This document shows positions 1 through 10,232 of a stretch of 64,000 nt of DNA, piece after piece. Numbering within the stretch: position 1 is the first letter of the stretch; each line of letters opens with the position of its first letter. Source of the stretch: a virus (lineage: Duplodnaviria > Heunggongvirae > Uroviricota > Caudoviricetes); IMG/VR virus record IMGVR_UViG_3300029828_000006, positions 27,904 through 91,903 of that record; one strand, 5' to 3'. The notes beneath the pieces are model-generated. The model worked only from the letters and a program-made list of their open reading frames with translations, was not told where the DNA came from and ran no database searches. Position numbers and translations under genes: made by a program.

Positions 1-139
1 TGGAGTCCATTAATACAAAACCATCCGGTAGTAGAGTAATTATCAGGCCAGGCCCATACACCAACACTCCATACTTTACGGCGGCACACTTCAGCCTGTC
101 CTTCCCTGATTTTTTTTACCGCCTGCATGATGTCCATCA
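1..139 (-). CDS. partial ORF (start in window, 3' end beyond left edge); C-terminal-module protein of the antirepressor locus
   Basis: ATG at 137-135 overlaps the stop of the Rha ORF (TGATG coupling); product MDIMQAVKKIREGQAEVCRRKVW... resembles the 53166..53462 product (RERIKTGYAIVCRRVSW...). Confidence 0.35.
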
Positions 140-844
140 CTCACCTCCCCAACCGATCACCTGGAATTGCCCCATTTTGGGGTGATACCAGCGTTTTCCT
201 CGGTGTTCAGCCTCCGACATCATCCGGTTAAAAGCATTCATGAAGGGAGATAAGGCCACGATTGAACGACGCGACAATACCCCCTCTGGAGTTAAAAACT
301 CATGCGTATCTGTGGGGATCCGGTAAGCGTTGACCAGGTTGCGGCATTTGGCTTCGGTCAGGCCGCATTTTGCCGCCAGCTGGCGGTAGCCAATGTAACC
401 TTCCGGCATGTTGCCCTTCTTGATTTGCTCGACGGTTTCTACCACTTGGCTAACCTTTGACTCAACAACATGAAGCCGCTTTTGCTGCTGAACTGCATTT
501 GCAGCCATTGCGGCGATCATCTCTATTTCGGTCAACGGCTGGCGTGCTTGTTCTTCCAGTTCGCGCCAGCGGTCCACCAGCCGGGCGGTGAATTCGGGAG
601 AGAGCTGCGCAACGACAATAATGCTGTCTCGTTTGCCTTGCTCGCCTTCGAAGACGTAAGCCTCGACACTACGGCGTAGTCCTAAGTTATTGATTTTTTC
701 GAAAACCTGCAATGCAGGAAGTTGAATAACTCCAGATTTAGCCAGGCGCTCTATTGATATTTTTACGTTATCTGGACGACTTCCCACCAGCTCCGCGATC
801 TCAATGCTGGTCATTGATGGCTTTTCAAGAATGCAGATATCCAT
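137..844 (-). CDS. Rha-family phage regulatory protein / antirepressor (Ant-like)
   Basis: N-terminal MTSIEIAELVGSR...ISIERL Rha-type motif; overlaps upstream Icd-like ORF as in P1 immI; ~90% DNA-identical paralog at 53470..54108. Confidence 0.7.
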   Translation of the reverse strand: MDICILEKPSMTSIEIAELVGSRPDNVKISIERLAKSGVIQLPALQVFEKINNLGLRRSVEAYVFEGEQGKRDSIIVVAQLSPEFTARLVDRWRELEEQARQPLTEIEMIAAMAANAVQQQKRLHVVESKVSQVVETVEQIKKGNMPEGYIGYRQLAAKCGLTEAKCRNLVNAYRIPTDTHEFLTPEGVLSRRSIVALSPFMNAFNRMMSEAEHRGKRWYHPKMGQFQVIGWGGE

Positions 845-1068
845 CAGTGTGCCTCCGCAATTCCGGGATTGGTAATATTGCGATACCAGGGATTAGTGTT
901 TGGTTGTGGGGAAGTAGAGAAACGACCAGTAAGAACACCATGCTGATCAGGGATCAGAGAACGGGCTTCTTTTTCGGTTGCGGCAATTGCGAAGTGATCG
1001 CAGTGTTTTTGCAGGGAGTGGAAACGCCAGATGAATTCTGGACGTGAGCAAGGATTGGCATTAACCAT
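844..1068 (-). CDS. Icd-like host cell-division inhibitor (small immI protein)
   Basis: 74 aa, FIWRF motif, immediately upstream of and overlapping ant-like gene; SD GAGG 8-11 nt upstream of ATG. Confidence 0.5.
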   Translation of the reverse strand: MVNANPCSRPEFIWRFHSLQKHCDHFAIAATEKEARSLIPDQHGVLTGRFSTSPQPNTNPWYRNITNPGIAEAH

Positions 1069-1129
1069 AGTTACGGCCTCACTAACAGGTTTAACAACCT
1101 GCTACCCGCTGTCAAACAGGTGGCAGGAC

Positions 1130-1240
1130 GTGACAGGGTTGACAGACTGGCGTTAGTGAAACCAGCAGGCCGAAGCCTCCCCATCACGCCCCACCATAAT
1201 TCGGGCGTAACGCGGTTTACGGACACAAAAATACCGCAAT
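1130..1240 (-). ncRNA. candidate c4-type antisense RNA element in icd/ant leader
   Basis: Leader segment (+ coords 1152-1160 gttagtgaa) is the reverse complement of the icd RBS region (1077-1086 cctcactaac); exact RNA ends not determinable. Confidence 0.25.
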
Positions 1241-1417
1241 ATCGGAAATCTGCGGTTGTCCGCACTAACATTCAGGCTGTCAAACCTGGTCGCAGAATTT
1301 GCTACGACGGCATGAATATAAGCCTGAAAACATGGAAGATCAACTAAAAATTTCAGCAATGGATGACTTCAGTCGATGATGCAGATCATACATTCCGATT
1401 TAGAAACAGCAAATTAA

Positions 1418-1429
1418 TTTTCTAACACA
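1418..1429. promoter_or_regulatory. operator-like motif TTTTCTAACACA (putative C1-type repressor site) upstream of immI-like leader
   Basis: One of at least 7 copies of the same asymmetric motif found in intergenic regions upstream of operons; flanked by partial inverted copy TTAGAAA at 1400-1406. Confidence 0.4.
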
Positions 1430-1481
1430 GATTATCGAGCGAGCATTTTCCGATCATTGGGATGTTTTGTAGACACACAGG

Positions 1482-2444
1482 TCATCCCCTAAAGCCCGCC
1501 GGGATTGACCAATCCTCACGGTCAAATTCAGACCGATAGCCACGCTGTTTCATCAGGTCAAAGGCTTCACCAATGGTTGCACACCCCAGGGAGCCAGAAT
1601 AATCCATTGAGAAATCCAGGGCACTGGATTGTTTAGGCTTATTCACTGCGGTAGCGGCACTACGTATCCATGCAAATTTTTTTGCCAGCTTTTCAGCGGT
1701 ACGATACAGAGCCTGCCGTTTTGCGTGCCCCTCGTCTGAACGACGCTTTGCAGCTCTCGCTTTTGCCGCCGCCAGGCAGTGGTTGGTATGTTCTTCCCTG
1801 ATTACTGGTTTTTTATCCAGCACCCCATTATCCGCTTGAGAACTATCTGCTGGTGAAGCCTTTGGCTGAACCGCGCATGATCTTTCTCTTCTTTTTGCTA
1901 TAGAGTGACTCTTATTTTCTATTGGCTGTTCATTTTGAACATGGGGGGACTTGTTCAATTTGAACAGGGGGTTCCCAGTTTCAAAAAAATAACGAACCTT
2001 TGAAATCAACTGCTTAACCAGTTTTGTGGCGTTGGCAAATTTGATGCCCTGCTTACCCCCTATCTCCATTGCTACATGAATGAAGTGGAGAAATTGTGTC
2101 GTAAACCGATATACGTTACACACCTGGGCATTGTTATTCGCTACCTGATGTTGCTTAACAAGCATTCCGCACTTCGTCGCTTCAGCAAATGCCCGGCGCA
2201 CAGTAGAAATACTGCGTCCTGTAATCTCGGACATATCAGCATATGAGCGACGGATCATGTATTCATCGGTAGACCCTGCCAGGTTGGCGAACTCGGCAAT
2301 AATGGCGCTATGTGAAGGGGAAAGAAGACCGCTATGACGAGCAAAAAAACTCAACTGATGACCTTTGATTTTTTTGTGGTATTCAGTGTTGTTTTTATAC
2401 TCAGAAGTGTTGAAAGTTACTGAAACTGAATTTAAAATACTCAC
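1482..2444 (-). CDS. HTH DNA-binding protein, possible replication initiator (RepL-like position)
   Basis: 320 aa, predicted helix-turn-helix region (ITGRSISTVRRAF), basic C-terminal half; own operator-like motif upstream at 2616-2629; family not resolved. Confidence 0.3.
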   Translation of the reverse strand: MSILNSVSVTFNTSEYKNNTEYHKKIKGHQLSFFARHSGLLSPSHSAIIAEFANLAGSTDEYMIRRSYADMSEITGRSISTVRRAFAEATKCGMLVKQHQVANNNAQVCNVYRFTTQFLHFIHVAMEIGGKQGIKFANATKLVKQLISKVRYFFETGNPLFKLNKSPHVQNEQPIENKSHSIAKRRERSCAVQPKASPADSSQADNGVLDKKPVIREEHTNHCLAAAKARAAKRRSDEGHAKRQALYRTAEKLAKKFAWIRSAATAVNKPKQSSALDFSMDYSGSLGCATIGEAFDLMKQRGYRSEFDREDWSIPAGFRG

Positions 2445-2506
2445 CAGATAGTTCCGTGAAAAAATCTATCTACCGTATAAATCTATGGCAGTGGATTTAT
2501 ACACCC

Positions 2507-2539
2507 AAAAAGCCGCTTCTCAGCGGCTTTTGCTTTTTT
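2507..2539. terminator. bidirectional rho-independent terminator hairpin
   Basis: aaaaagccgcttctcagcggcttttgctttttt: GC stem flanked by A-run and T-run. Confidence 0.55.
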
Positions 2540-2615
2540 GGCAGTCGCTACCGGAGCAGTGACCGCGATCCTACTCGATCCCATCCACCAGGATCAACAG
2601 TGTATATAAATACAC

Positions 2616-2629
2616 TATGTTAGAAATTT
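2616..2629. promoter_or_regulatory. operator-like motif (reverse orientation AAATTTCTAACATA) upstream of 1482..2444
   Basis: Motif family TTTCTAACA; sits between terminator and start of the 320-aa gene. Confidence 0.35.
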
Positions 2630-2644
2630 AACTTAACAAGGCAA

Positions 2645-3643
2645 TCACCCCCTTCTAGAAACGAAGAGTAACGGGGTGGTGTTTTTGTTCTCCTTCGGTG
2701 ATAACTCTGGTTCTTTCTTGCCTGATACCGGTAAGCCATAAGTAGCATTTGCCCCAAGAGATTCAAGCATCGCAGCCACTATGCGGGCATCATCTTCAGA
2801 CTGCATACGGCAGAGCGCCCGGCGCTGTTCTGCGCTGATAAAAACAGGCATTTCCTGGATAGCGTCACGCAAAATCCGGCGGCATTGCTTTGCATTTTCC
2901 CCTTGGCTTTCCATCATCGCTGTTTGAGCGCGCAGCTTATCTCGAAGCTGTATGTTTTCCACTTCAAGGAGCATCAATTCTGATTCCAGGGCTTCACGAT
3001 GTGCAGATTCGAGCATGGCTTGCTGATTTTTCATTGCTGAAAAGTGGTGAACCAGATCCGTAGCTGCGTTATCGGTAAAACCTTGTTCGATAAGTGCTGC
3101 ATGAATAGCCGCATCGCGCTCTTCTACTGATTCAAGCATCAGGCTTTTCTTGTCGAGGCTGATATAGTTAGGCACAGTTACGTAATCAAAGCCGTGGAAA
3201 GACTTTACCAGGGATACCGATGAATCTGGACCAGATGTAGCCCACGACCAACCACCAGCACCAGAATTAATCATGCCCTGAACAATACGCCCGGTGTCTG
3301 TATCCAGTATTTCCTGCGTATGAGTAACAATGCCGTTGTCGTCAATCGAAATGTCGATAGTCCTGTTTGACGGCACGTTCTCCAATACAACAGGCTTCCC
3401 ATCTACCATCACAACAGAGACTTCCGGCAAGTTCAGGCTTTTCGTTTTGTTATAGTGCATCGCCCGGCGACCATGACCGTAATAACCATACATCTCACCC
3501 AGCGCGATACGCTCTTTTGTTTCTGGCGAGTTGAATGTGTCTCGTACCGACTGAATGACGTAATTTCGGTTGTTCTGCGGTGTGTGTTTGCGGATTTTCT
3601 CTACCAGGGAGAAGCGATCCGTAACAGTATTCAGTGATTGCAT
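2645..3643 (-). CDS. hypothetical phage virion/head-associated protein
   Basis: 332 aa ORF, last gene of the long minus-strand operon 10558->2645; no recognisable motif. Confidence 0.3.
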   Translation of the reverse strand: MQSLNTVTDRFSLVEKIRKHTPQNNRNYVIQSVRDTFNSPETKERIALGEMYGYYGHGRRAMHYNKTKSLNLPEVSVVMVDGKPVVLENVPSNRTIDISIDDNGIVTHTQEILDTDTGRIVQGMINSGAGGWSWATSGPDSSVSLVKSFHGFDYVTVPNYISLDKKSLMLESVEERDAAIHAALIEQGFTDNAATDLVHHFSAMKNQQAMLESAHREALESELMLLEVENIQLRDKLRAQTAMMESQGENAKQCRRILRDAIQEMPVFISAEQRRALCRMQSEDDARIVAAMLESLGANATYGLPVSGKKEPELSPKENKNTTPLLFVSRRG

Positions 3644-3656
3644 TATTTCCCTCCGG

Positions 3657-5339
3657 TTAATTGCTCATCACAAATTTTGCAAAGTTTATTAACTGTTCTG
3701 GCGTCCAGTTTTCCGGATCGTCACCGGACGACAACGGCGCGGATTCGTACATACCATGCTCGCTGTTTTGCTCTGATTCATTCGCCTTAAACTCTTTGAT
3801 CATGGTGTTGAGAGTGTCATCGTCGATGTGCAACTGCTCGGTGAACAGATAACGCATAAACGCGTCACTACCAGCCAGTTTCGGGTTGTTCTGGATCTGG
3901 TCCATAATTTGGGAGATGACAGCAACAAAGTTGGCGCGTGCATCCAGTTCTCGGTTTTCCTCTTCCTGGATAGCAGTGTTCATTGAGTTGAATTGCACGT
4001 CATAAGGGCGGTTTGTTTCGGTGTAAACCTTGCCGTATTTATAAGCGAGGTGAATGTCCAGAAGCCGATAAATAGTTCGCTGGGCGGCCTGTCTGATCCA
4101 GTTCGCACGCAATGCAGCCTGGATAGCAGTTTGCTGCCAGCCGCCTTCTCCAAGCCCTCCGCTCATCTGATCAGCCCAGCCAAGCATTGTTGCGTCAATG
4201 CCGAGGCTTGCAGCAAGCTGCCGGAGGTGAAACATAACGTCTTCGATACCACTGATATCTGCGGGTATGGATTGCGTATCAATGGTGATGCCGTTCTTCC
4301 CGTCTCCCATAACAGGTATCAGATGGTTAAGCACAGTCGGAATAGCGTTAGCATTAATCGACCTTTGCGCCACCAGGTCACTATGACGCTTCAATGCCTG
4401 GCTGACGCCACGCGTATAGTTCGCCGCATTAACCGGGTCCAGTGTGTTCGTCGTAAGAGCAATCAGGCGGTCAATTTTGGCTGCATTATTTCGCGTTGAT
4501 TTCAGCGCGGCGAGCGAAGCACATAAATTAAGGTAAGGTTCATAGCTGTATTCCAGGAATGAAGTTCCGTAATTCTGCGTCTCCATTAACGGCTTATCAG
4601 CCTGATCACTTAACAGTGAGTACCCTTTTGTGCCGTAGCTAACCGGAATAACTTTATGCTGTGGCGTCCAATAGGGATTTTTCATGGAAACCAGATTCCA
4701 CGGTTCGGTTATTACTCTGCGCAAACTATGCGTATCCAGGATGTAATCACCACTGAATCCAACCAGCTGGCTACCGCGATAAAATTCCTGGACGAAATGT
4801 GGCAGAGTGTAATAACTGGACTCAATGCCTGTTATCCCCCTGCCCTGTTCAGCATAAGGTCGGACATAAGACACCCCAAAGATCGCCATGATCATGGCCC
4901 ATGAAGGAAGTCCGTCATTAATCATCGCCCCCAAATCAGCGGTTAACTCTTCACATCTACTTACTGCCTCGGCATCGGAACCATCCTTTGGCGAAAGGAT
5001 GAATGCCTGTCCGGTTTTTTTTGAAGGCGCAAGCGCATGTGCAATGTGAATGTTTAAAGCCGTCGAGATAGTCGGGCTTTTAGCCATCGTTTCCAGGATG
5101 TTGTACTTTTGCAGGCGCTCGCCGGGCAGTTCAGCGGATAAAGAAATTGAATCTGCCTCACTCGTCATGCCATCGCTATTGCTCCCCAGGATGCCTGGAC
5201 GTAAAGCAGACAGGCCGGAACGAGCAACGACACTATGTCCGCTCGTAAAAACGACCGGATCGGCGGGCGTAACATCACCACCGTTGAAGGCTTTCTTCAA
5301 TGCTGACAGAAAGCCTTTATTTTTGTCTTTCGTTGCCAT
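3657..5339 (-). CDS. hypothetical large phage protein (portal or injected head protein candidate)
   Basis: 560 aa ORF with SD GGTGA before ATG; position in operon after antirestriction-like genes; no motif-level assignment. Confidence 0.3.
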   Translation of the reverse strand: MATKDKNKGFLSALKKAFNGGDVTPADPVVFTSGHSVVARSGLSALRPGILGSNSDGMTSEADSISLSAELPGERLQKYNILETMAKSPTISTALNIHIAHALAPSKKTGQAFILSPKDGSDAEAVSRCEELTADLGAMINDGLPSWAMIMAIFGVSYVRPYAEQGRGITGIESSYYTLPHFVQEFYRGSQLVGFSGDYILDTHSLRRVITEPWNLVSMKNPYWTPQHKVIPVSYGTKGYSLLSDQADKPLMETQNYGTSFLEYSYEPYLNLCASLAALKSTRNNAAKIDRLIALTTNTLDPVNAANYTRGVSQALKRHSDLVAQRSINANAIPTVLNHLIPVMGDGKNGITIDTQSIPADISGIEDVMFHLRQLAASLGIDATMLGWADQMSGGLGEGGWQQTAIQAALRANWIRQAAQRTIYRLLDIHLAYKYGKVYTETNRPYDVQFNSMNTAIQEEENRELDARANFVAVISQIMDQIQNNPKLAGSDAFMRYLFTEQLHIDDDTLNTMIKEFKANESEQNSEHGMYESAPLSSGDDPENWTPEQLINFAKFVMSN

Positions 5340-5403
5340 GAATCACCGCAAATTGTTTCCAGTTTTGCGGCAGCATAATCAGTATGTGATTTCAGCGGTT
5401 GGT

Positions 5404-6801
5404 TTAGTTTTCCGTACGGCAATTATTTAGATCTGTAGAATTTTCAAACATAGCAAAGTTCAGACCTTTCCCTTCGCCAAATTCACCCTCAATTTCATCA
5501 GATACAGCAGACAAAATACGACGCAGATCAACATCGCCACCGCCGAACATATCGCCCAATGCCTGTTGTTTATGAGTCAGCTCGTCGTTGATTTTTTGCG
5601 CCATTTTTTTGAATGCTGTCCCCATACGCTTCGCACTGCGATTATTTGCTACGATGAATAGCGCCAATGCCTCAGCTTCTGGTGTACTGTCGCCGAATAA
5701 CCCCCTTTGGGCGATCACTTCTTCAACGGCCTGACCGTTGTCTTTGGCTTCACGTACAAGATTAATTGCTTCCTGGAGTGCTGCTATCGCCTGTGTATCC
5801 AGGCCATTAACCTGCTCTATACCGTCCACTAAGCCTGTTACTGCGTCATGGTGAGCGTCGCCAGACAGCGACTGCATTTGCGCAAAATCGCTGGCTGCCG
5901 TATTTAATGCGGTCAGGATATTACGCATTTCCGGATCTGGCTCTTCCGACACCAGCCGAACAAGCCTTTCATCCTTGTACGCTTTGGCAAAAATTGCATT
6001 CTGGATGCGATCGATAAGCTGTTTCGTGGGACGCCCATCGGCAGTAAGCAAGCCTGCCGTCGCTGTATCGCCAATTTCGCGCAAAAACGCACGAATAAAC
6101 GCATCATTGGACCGCGCCAGCAGATTTCCATCATCTGAAGGATTAAATAGCGCCATGACGCTCTCAGTGAGAAATTGCGCATCCGCATACGCTTTTTCAC
6201 TTGCTGCCATCTCTTGCAGATCGCTAATGTTTGAATCGCGGGCAAATTGAGCGCGGTCTACATCTGTGAGTCTTTCTCGCACCAGTACGGGCATAGACAT
6301 TTGCGAAATTTCGTCAGGATTCAGACCAAACTCTTTCGCATGGTCGATCAGGTACTGGCGATACTCATCCGCCTGTCCTTGCTCATAGGCACGCCAGATA
6401 CCCATACTCCTTCCGTTGCCGGATTCAACAACGTTGTCCGGACCAACTATCGGCGCTCCGTGGCTGCTCATACCGGAATCCGTTAATTGTGCCGGGCGTA
6501 AATTGGAGGCAATACGGTTAACCTGGAGTTTGCTGGATAGCCGGGTACGATCTCGTGGTTGGAGTTCTTCCGGGAAGGCCGGGTTAATCGTACCGTCAAG
6601 GTTGTTCGAAATGATCAGACTGCTGGCATCAACGACCTTAAAAGCCGTCTTTACCTCTGCACCTTTGCTGGTGACTACGTAGCTACTTCGCCCCAGGCGT
6701 GTTTCTTTCCTCTCTAATGAAGAAACCAGAGCAATGACGCTGTTAATATCTGCGGCCCCGGAAAGCGCAGAAGTAACTGATTTGTTCAAAATACACTCCA
6801 A
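5404..6801 (-). CDS. hypothetical phage protein
   Basis: 465 aa ORF in same operon; function unassigned. Confidence 0.3.
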   Translation of the reverse strand: MECILNKSVTSALSGAADINSVIALVSSLERKETRLGRSSYVVTSKGAEVKTAFKVVDASSLIISNNLDGTINPAFPEELQPRDRTRLSSKLQVNRIASNLRPAQLTDSGMSSHGAPIVGPDNVVESGNGRSMGIWRAYEQGQADEYRQYLIDHAKEFGLNPDEISQMSMPVLVRERLTDVDRAQFARDSNISDLQEMAASEKAYADAQFLTESVMALFNPSDDGNLLARSNDAFIRAFLREIGDTATAGLLTADGRPTKQLIDRIQNAIFAKAYKDERLVRLVSEEPDPEMRNILTALNTAASDFAQMQSLSGDAHHDAVTGLVDGIEQVNGLDTQAIAALQEAINLVREAKDNGQAVEEVIAQRGLFGDSTPEAEALALFIVANNRSAKRMGTAFKKMAQKINDELTHKQQALGDMFGGGDVDLRRILSAVSDEIEGEFGEGKGLNFAMFENSTDLNNCRTEN

Positions 6802-6883
6802 CTATAGAGAAAGCTGTGAGTGTAAAAAGTGTGTGATTTATGTGAGAACAGATAAGTGAAAGGGGCATTTCAGCCCCTTTTGA

Positions 6884-7252
6884 TTACCCGGCATAACCGT
6901 TAGCTTTCACCCAGCTTATGGTCTGCTCTTTAGCCTGCTCCAACGTAAGGAACTCGCCAACATAGTTTGAGATCCCACGCAGCGCATCAATAAATTCCAT
7001 TTGTGTGGACTTTGTGAAGACACCGCCCAGGAAGTCAGTCACTATCTTAGGGACTTCATCTACAACAGGATCAGTCTGTTGTTGCGGTTCCGCTGCCGGT
7101 TGCGCGGCAGTCCCCAGGCCCAATTTCAGCATCACATCAACAATCTGCTTACCAATGGTGACGCGTTGCAATACTGGCGCAGTTTTCTGCGCCTGCATTA
7201 GATCTGATAGCTCTTTACCTAATTTCAGGCGGTCTAAAACAGAGATGGTCAT
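6884..7252 (-). CDS. small hypothetical phage protein
   Basis: 122 aa; start overlaps stop of upstream 656-aa gene. Confidence 0.3.
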   Translation of the reverse strand: MTISVLDRLKLGKELSDLMQAQKTAPVLQRVTIGKQIVDVMLKLGLGTAAQPAAEPQQQTDPVVDEVPKIVTDFLGGVFTKSTQMEFIDALRGISNYVGEFLTLEQAKEQTISWVKANGYAG

Positions 7253-9222
7253 TAAGCACCTCCCTGCTGAATTTCAGCCAGAATGTTGATCAGGTAGTCA
7301 ACTGCTGCACCAACAGTGGCTTCGTTCTCGTCGTATCGACCTGCACTGATTAGAGCGTTTGCTGCTTCCTGCACATGATCAAGTTCAGCACTAATGACCG
7401 TCAGATCGCGGGATGTAAACTGCTCCGGCACGGATTTCAGGTACTCCAGTGCTTTATCTGCCTCCTGATCAGCTTCATTTGCTGATTCACCCGTTTCTTC
7501 TGGCTCCTGTTCTGGTGCTGGTTGTGGTTGTGGTTGTGGTTGTGATTCTGGCTCAACCATATGCTCTGTTTTTACTTCGCTTGAATGATTTTGAAGGGCG
7601 TTATACACGTCCATAATGAAAAGGTTCTCCCCATCACTAAGTGGATACGCCACGTTTGGAAACGCTTTGCGGAAAAGAATTTTCACTTGCGCCTTGAATG
7701 TTTTCAGGTCACTGCCAAACAGGTCCACATAGCCATCAATATGTTTCGACATGCTGGACGCAACCAATTGGTCTGCAAAATCTTTCAGCTCATCTTCATC
7801 AGGAAGATAGAGCAACTCGTACTGGCTGACTTCTTCATCTGTCAGTTTACGGTCATACGTAATGATACCGTGACGAGCATATTCGTAATACTGATCAGCC
7901 TGGTCAGGACGATCAAGCACGGCTTTATTTCCATCCGGAACAGCACCAACACCAGCCGGGCGAGATTGAAGTGCATAGTGGTATTTACCTACATCTTGGC
8001 TCTCTGGTTGTAATACTGGGTTCGTTTCGGGGTCTGTCTGTGGTGGTTCGGAGTCTTCCAGCTGGCCTGGTAACACATCAACTTTATATTTATCTGCGTT
8101 ATGCTCTCGGTAGGCTTTAAGTAATTTGGTTGCAGCATCTGCCAAACTGCCTCCTTTGACAGCACTGGCATCAATACTGAATTTACCTTCAGGTGCTACT
8201 ATCGTAACGAAATTATCACTGCCGGACGTGACATAATTAACTTCAGCTCCATTATCCAGCACTGTTTTTCCGTCAATGGCAAGATTATGTTTTACATGTC
8301 GCAGCTGGTCACTAAACGCTCGTTCTTTCGTTTTTTCACCTTTAGCAGACAACAATTTATCGCGTTTTGCTTGTAATTCCTCGTTGATGGCTTTCTGGGC
8401 ATCAAGTTTTTTTTGCATCTCCGTAAGAGCAGCACGCTTTTCAGTCAGCCCACGTTGCGCAACTTCCACCTGATCAATCATTATTGACCGTTCTTCTGCC
8501 AGTTTATCTGCTTCATTGAGATAACTCTCAATATCTGCCTTCATTTTGTCCTGGCGCTCTTTTGCTTTCTTAAATTTTTCGCTGTTACGCTCAATCAAAT
8601 TAGATAGCGCCTGGCATACCTGGCTTAAAGAAACATCTCTCCCACCAATCGGGGCGACAACGTGAGTTACGTTACGTTTATTAAGTAAAAACTGAAATGC
8701 AACAAGCTCGTCGTTACTCTTTATTTTTGCCCCGTCAGCTGTTGGAGAGTGGAAAATTATGCTTGTACTCTGCCCGTCAGTAAGCGGTATCTGCGCGGTC
8801 AAAACAGGGATATTAGCTACCCGACGTACACGACCGATAATCGCACCACCAATACAATTACGTCCATTTTCATCGGTCCCAGCTTCATCAGTCCCTGCCA
8901 TAATATTCGTACCATTCAGGCCACGATTCAGCGCACGGACGAAAGCTCGCATTGTTTGAGCTAACCGAATTCTGGTTGTAGTTATGGACTCAAACATAGC
9001 TTCGTCAGACACAACCAGAATTTCATTGCCCATATAGGCAAGCTCAATATCTTCTAAGGTCGCCGCCTCAAAAATCAGGTCATCTTCGCTTAATTCTTCT
9101 GAAGACCAGCGACTTGGCATATAGCCGGGGATCGTATCAGCAAAAGTAGACTGAATATTAATTCGTAAAGGATTGTTAATCATGCTCATCCTCCAGGCGC
9201 GCGATTTCTTCTTTAAGAGCAC
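7252..9222 (-). CDS. large acidic phage protein (DarA-position candidate)
   Basis: 656 aa, central coiled-coil, acidic PQ-repeat linker (QPQPQPQP encoded by (GTTGTG)4 at 7520-7544); operon context after holin-like genes as in the P1 darA operon (from memory). Confidence 0.3.
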   Translation of the reverse strand: MLLKKKSRAWRMSMINNPLRINIQSTFADTIPGYMPSRWSSEELSEDDLIFEAATLEDIELAYMGNEILVVSDEAMFESITTTRIRLAQTMRAFVRALNRGLNGTNIMAGTDEAGTDENGRNCIGGAIIGRVRRVANIPVLTAQIPLTDGQSTSIIFHSPTADGAKIKSNDELVAFQFLLNKRNVTHVVAPIGGRDVSLSQVCQALSNLIERNSEKFKKAKERQDKMKADIESYLNEADKLAEERSIMIDQVEVAQRGLTEKRAALTEMQKKLDAQKAINEELQAKRDKLLSAKGEKTKERAFSDQLRHVKHNLAIDGKTVLDNGAEVNYVTSGSDNFVTIVAPEGKFSIDASAVKGGSLADAATKLLKAYREHNADKYKVDVLPGQLEDSEPPQTDPETNPVLQPESQDVGKYHYALQSRPAGVGAVPDGNKAVLDRPDQADQYYEYARHGIITYDRKLTDEEVSQYELLYLPDEDELKDFADQLVASSMSKHIDGYVDLFGSDLKTFKAQVKILFRKAFPNVAYPLSDGENLFIMDVYNALQNHSSEVKTEHMVEPESQPQPQPQPAPEQEPEETGESANEADQEADKALEYLKSVPEQFTSRDLTVISAELDHVQEAANALISAGRYDENEATVGAAVDYLINILAEIQQGGA

Positions 9223-9811
9223 GTGTCTTAGCTACTTCCTGAGACAAGGCAGCTTTAACATTACCCGTATCTTGCATTACTTTGTCTGACTTGCTCTGGA
9301 GTTTAGACAGTTTGTCGTTAGCATTAGCGATATCTTCACGGAGTGCATCACGTGATTCTTTCGCTTCAGCTAATTTCTGAGCGTTAGATTTAACTCCCTG
9401 CCGCTTCTTATTTCCGTCATCAATATTTTTTGCTGCACGAGCAAGTTTTCGAGCTAATGACTTCTGGAAAGAAGTTGCTCCACGATTAAATAAAGCCGCA
9501 AGAGATTGCCCCAAAGCCGACATTGTTTTTACTGGCTTGAACGGTACTGTTTTACCATTCAGTTTGATCCCAGATATATCACCGGTATCGTTAACCTGAA
9601 CTTCCATTGTCTGTTCATCAATACCAATAAGGGTAAACGTGCGCGTCATGATCCCATCTTTCTTCCTGCCATTACTTGCAGGGATCACCCTCGCTATCTT
9701 GTAACCACCTTTGCTGATTTCTTTGACGAGTTTTGCCAGCCCCTTTTCGTTTAACTCATCATAATTAAGAAGAACATAATTATTCTTATTTGACATCCCA
9801 GTCTCCTTCAC
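9176..9811 (-). CDS. hypothetical basic coiled-coil phage protein
   Basis: 211 aa, overlaps neighbours by 26-47 bp. Confidence 0.3.
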   Translation of the reverse strand: MKETGMSNKNNYVLLNYDELNEKGLAKLVKEISKGGYKIARVIPASNGRKKDGIMTRTFTLIGIDEQTMEVQVNDTGDISGIKLNGKTVPFKPVKTMSALGQSLAALFNRGATSFQKSLARKLARAAKNIDDGNKKRQGVKSNAQKLAEAKESRDALREDIANANDKLSKLQSKSDKVMQDTGNVKAALSQEVAKTRALKEEIARLEDEHD

Positions 9812-10232
9812 GCTTTTCGATCGTAAACTGGCGCTCTATGCAGTCATTGATAGGGAAAATGCGATAAAGCGGATTCAGTCGGCAGTTACCGTTAGTCAAT
9901 GTGACTTTCAGATCCCACTTCGTTGGCTCAAGATATTTCGTATCGATGAGCAAATACTCTTCTCTCTCACCGCGTTTTGAGGCGTCAACTGGTCGCGTTT
10001 TCCCTGAAATAACCACAGATGGATTTTTCAGGTCTTGCAACCAATATTCGATTTGAGCATTGCTGACCCAGCTTCGCTTAACACGTAGCGAAACAGGAAA
10101 TGCTATAGCTGATTCTTTCACTACAGCGTCACCAATACTCAAAATCTCAACACTCTTGCGACGAAAAATGAAACGGTCAATGATGGCAACAAATGCCATG
10201 ATAAAAATGAAATAATTTCCAAAGTTACCCAT
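9786..10232 (-). CDS. membrane-anchored protein (lysis-associated candidate, LydB position)
   Basis: 148 aa, single N-terminal TM helix (NYFIFIMAFVAIIDRFIF) then soluble domain; directly follows holin-like gene. Confidence 0.3.
   Translation of the reverse strand: MGNFGNYFIFIMAFVAIIDRFIFRRKSVEILSIGDAVVKESAIAFPVSLRVKRSWVSNAQIEYWLQDLKNPSVVISGKTRPVDASKRGEREEYLLIDTKYLEPTKWDLKVTLTNGNCRLNPLYRIFPINDCIERQFTIEKREGDWDVK

Noticed and set aside
470-7289. Numerous antisense or alternate-frame ORFs overlapping long minus-strand genes (e.g. 470..679 +, 3993..4499 +, 5975..6250 +, 7005..7289 +)
   Set aside because: Each is fully contained within a longer ORF on the opposite strand that has recognisable motifs or operon context, so they are treated as shadow ORFs.
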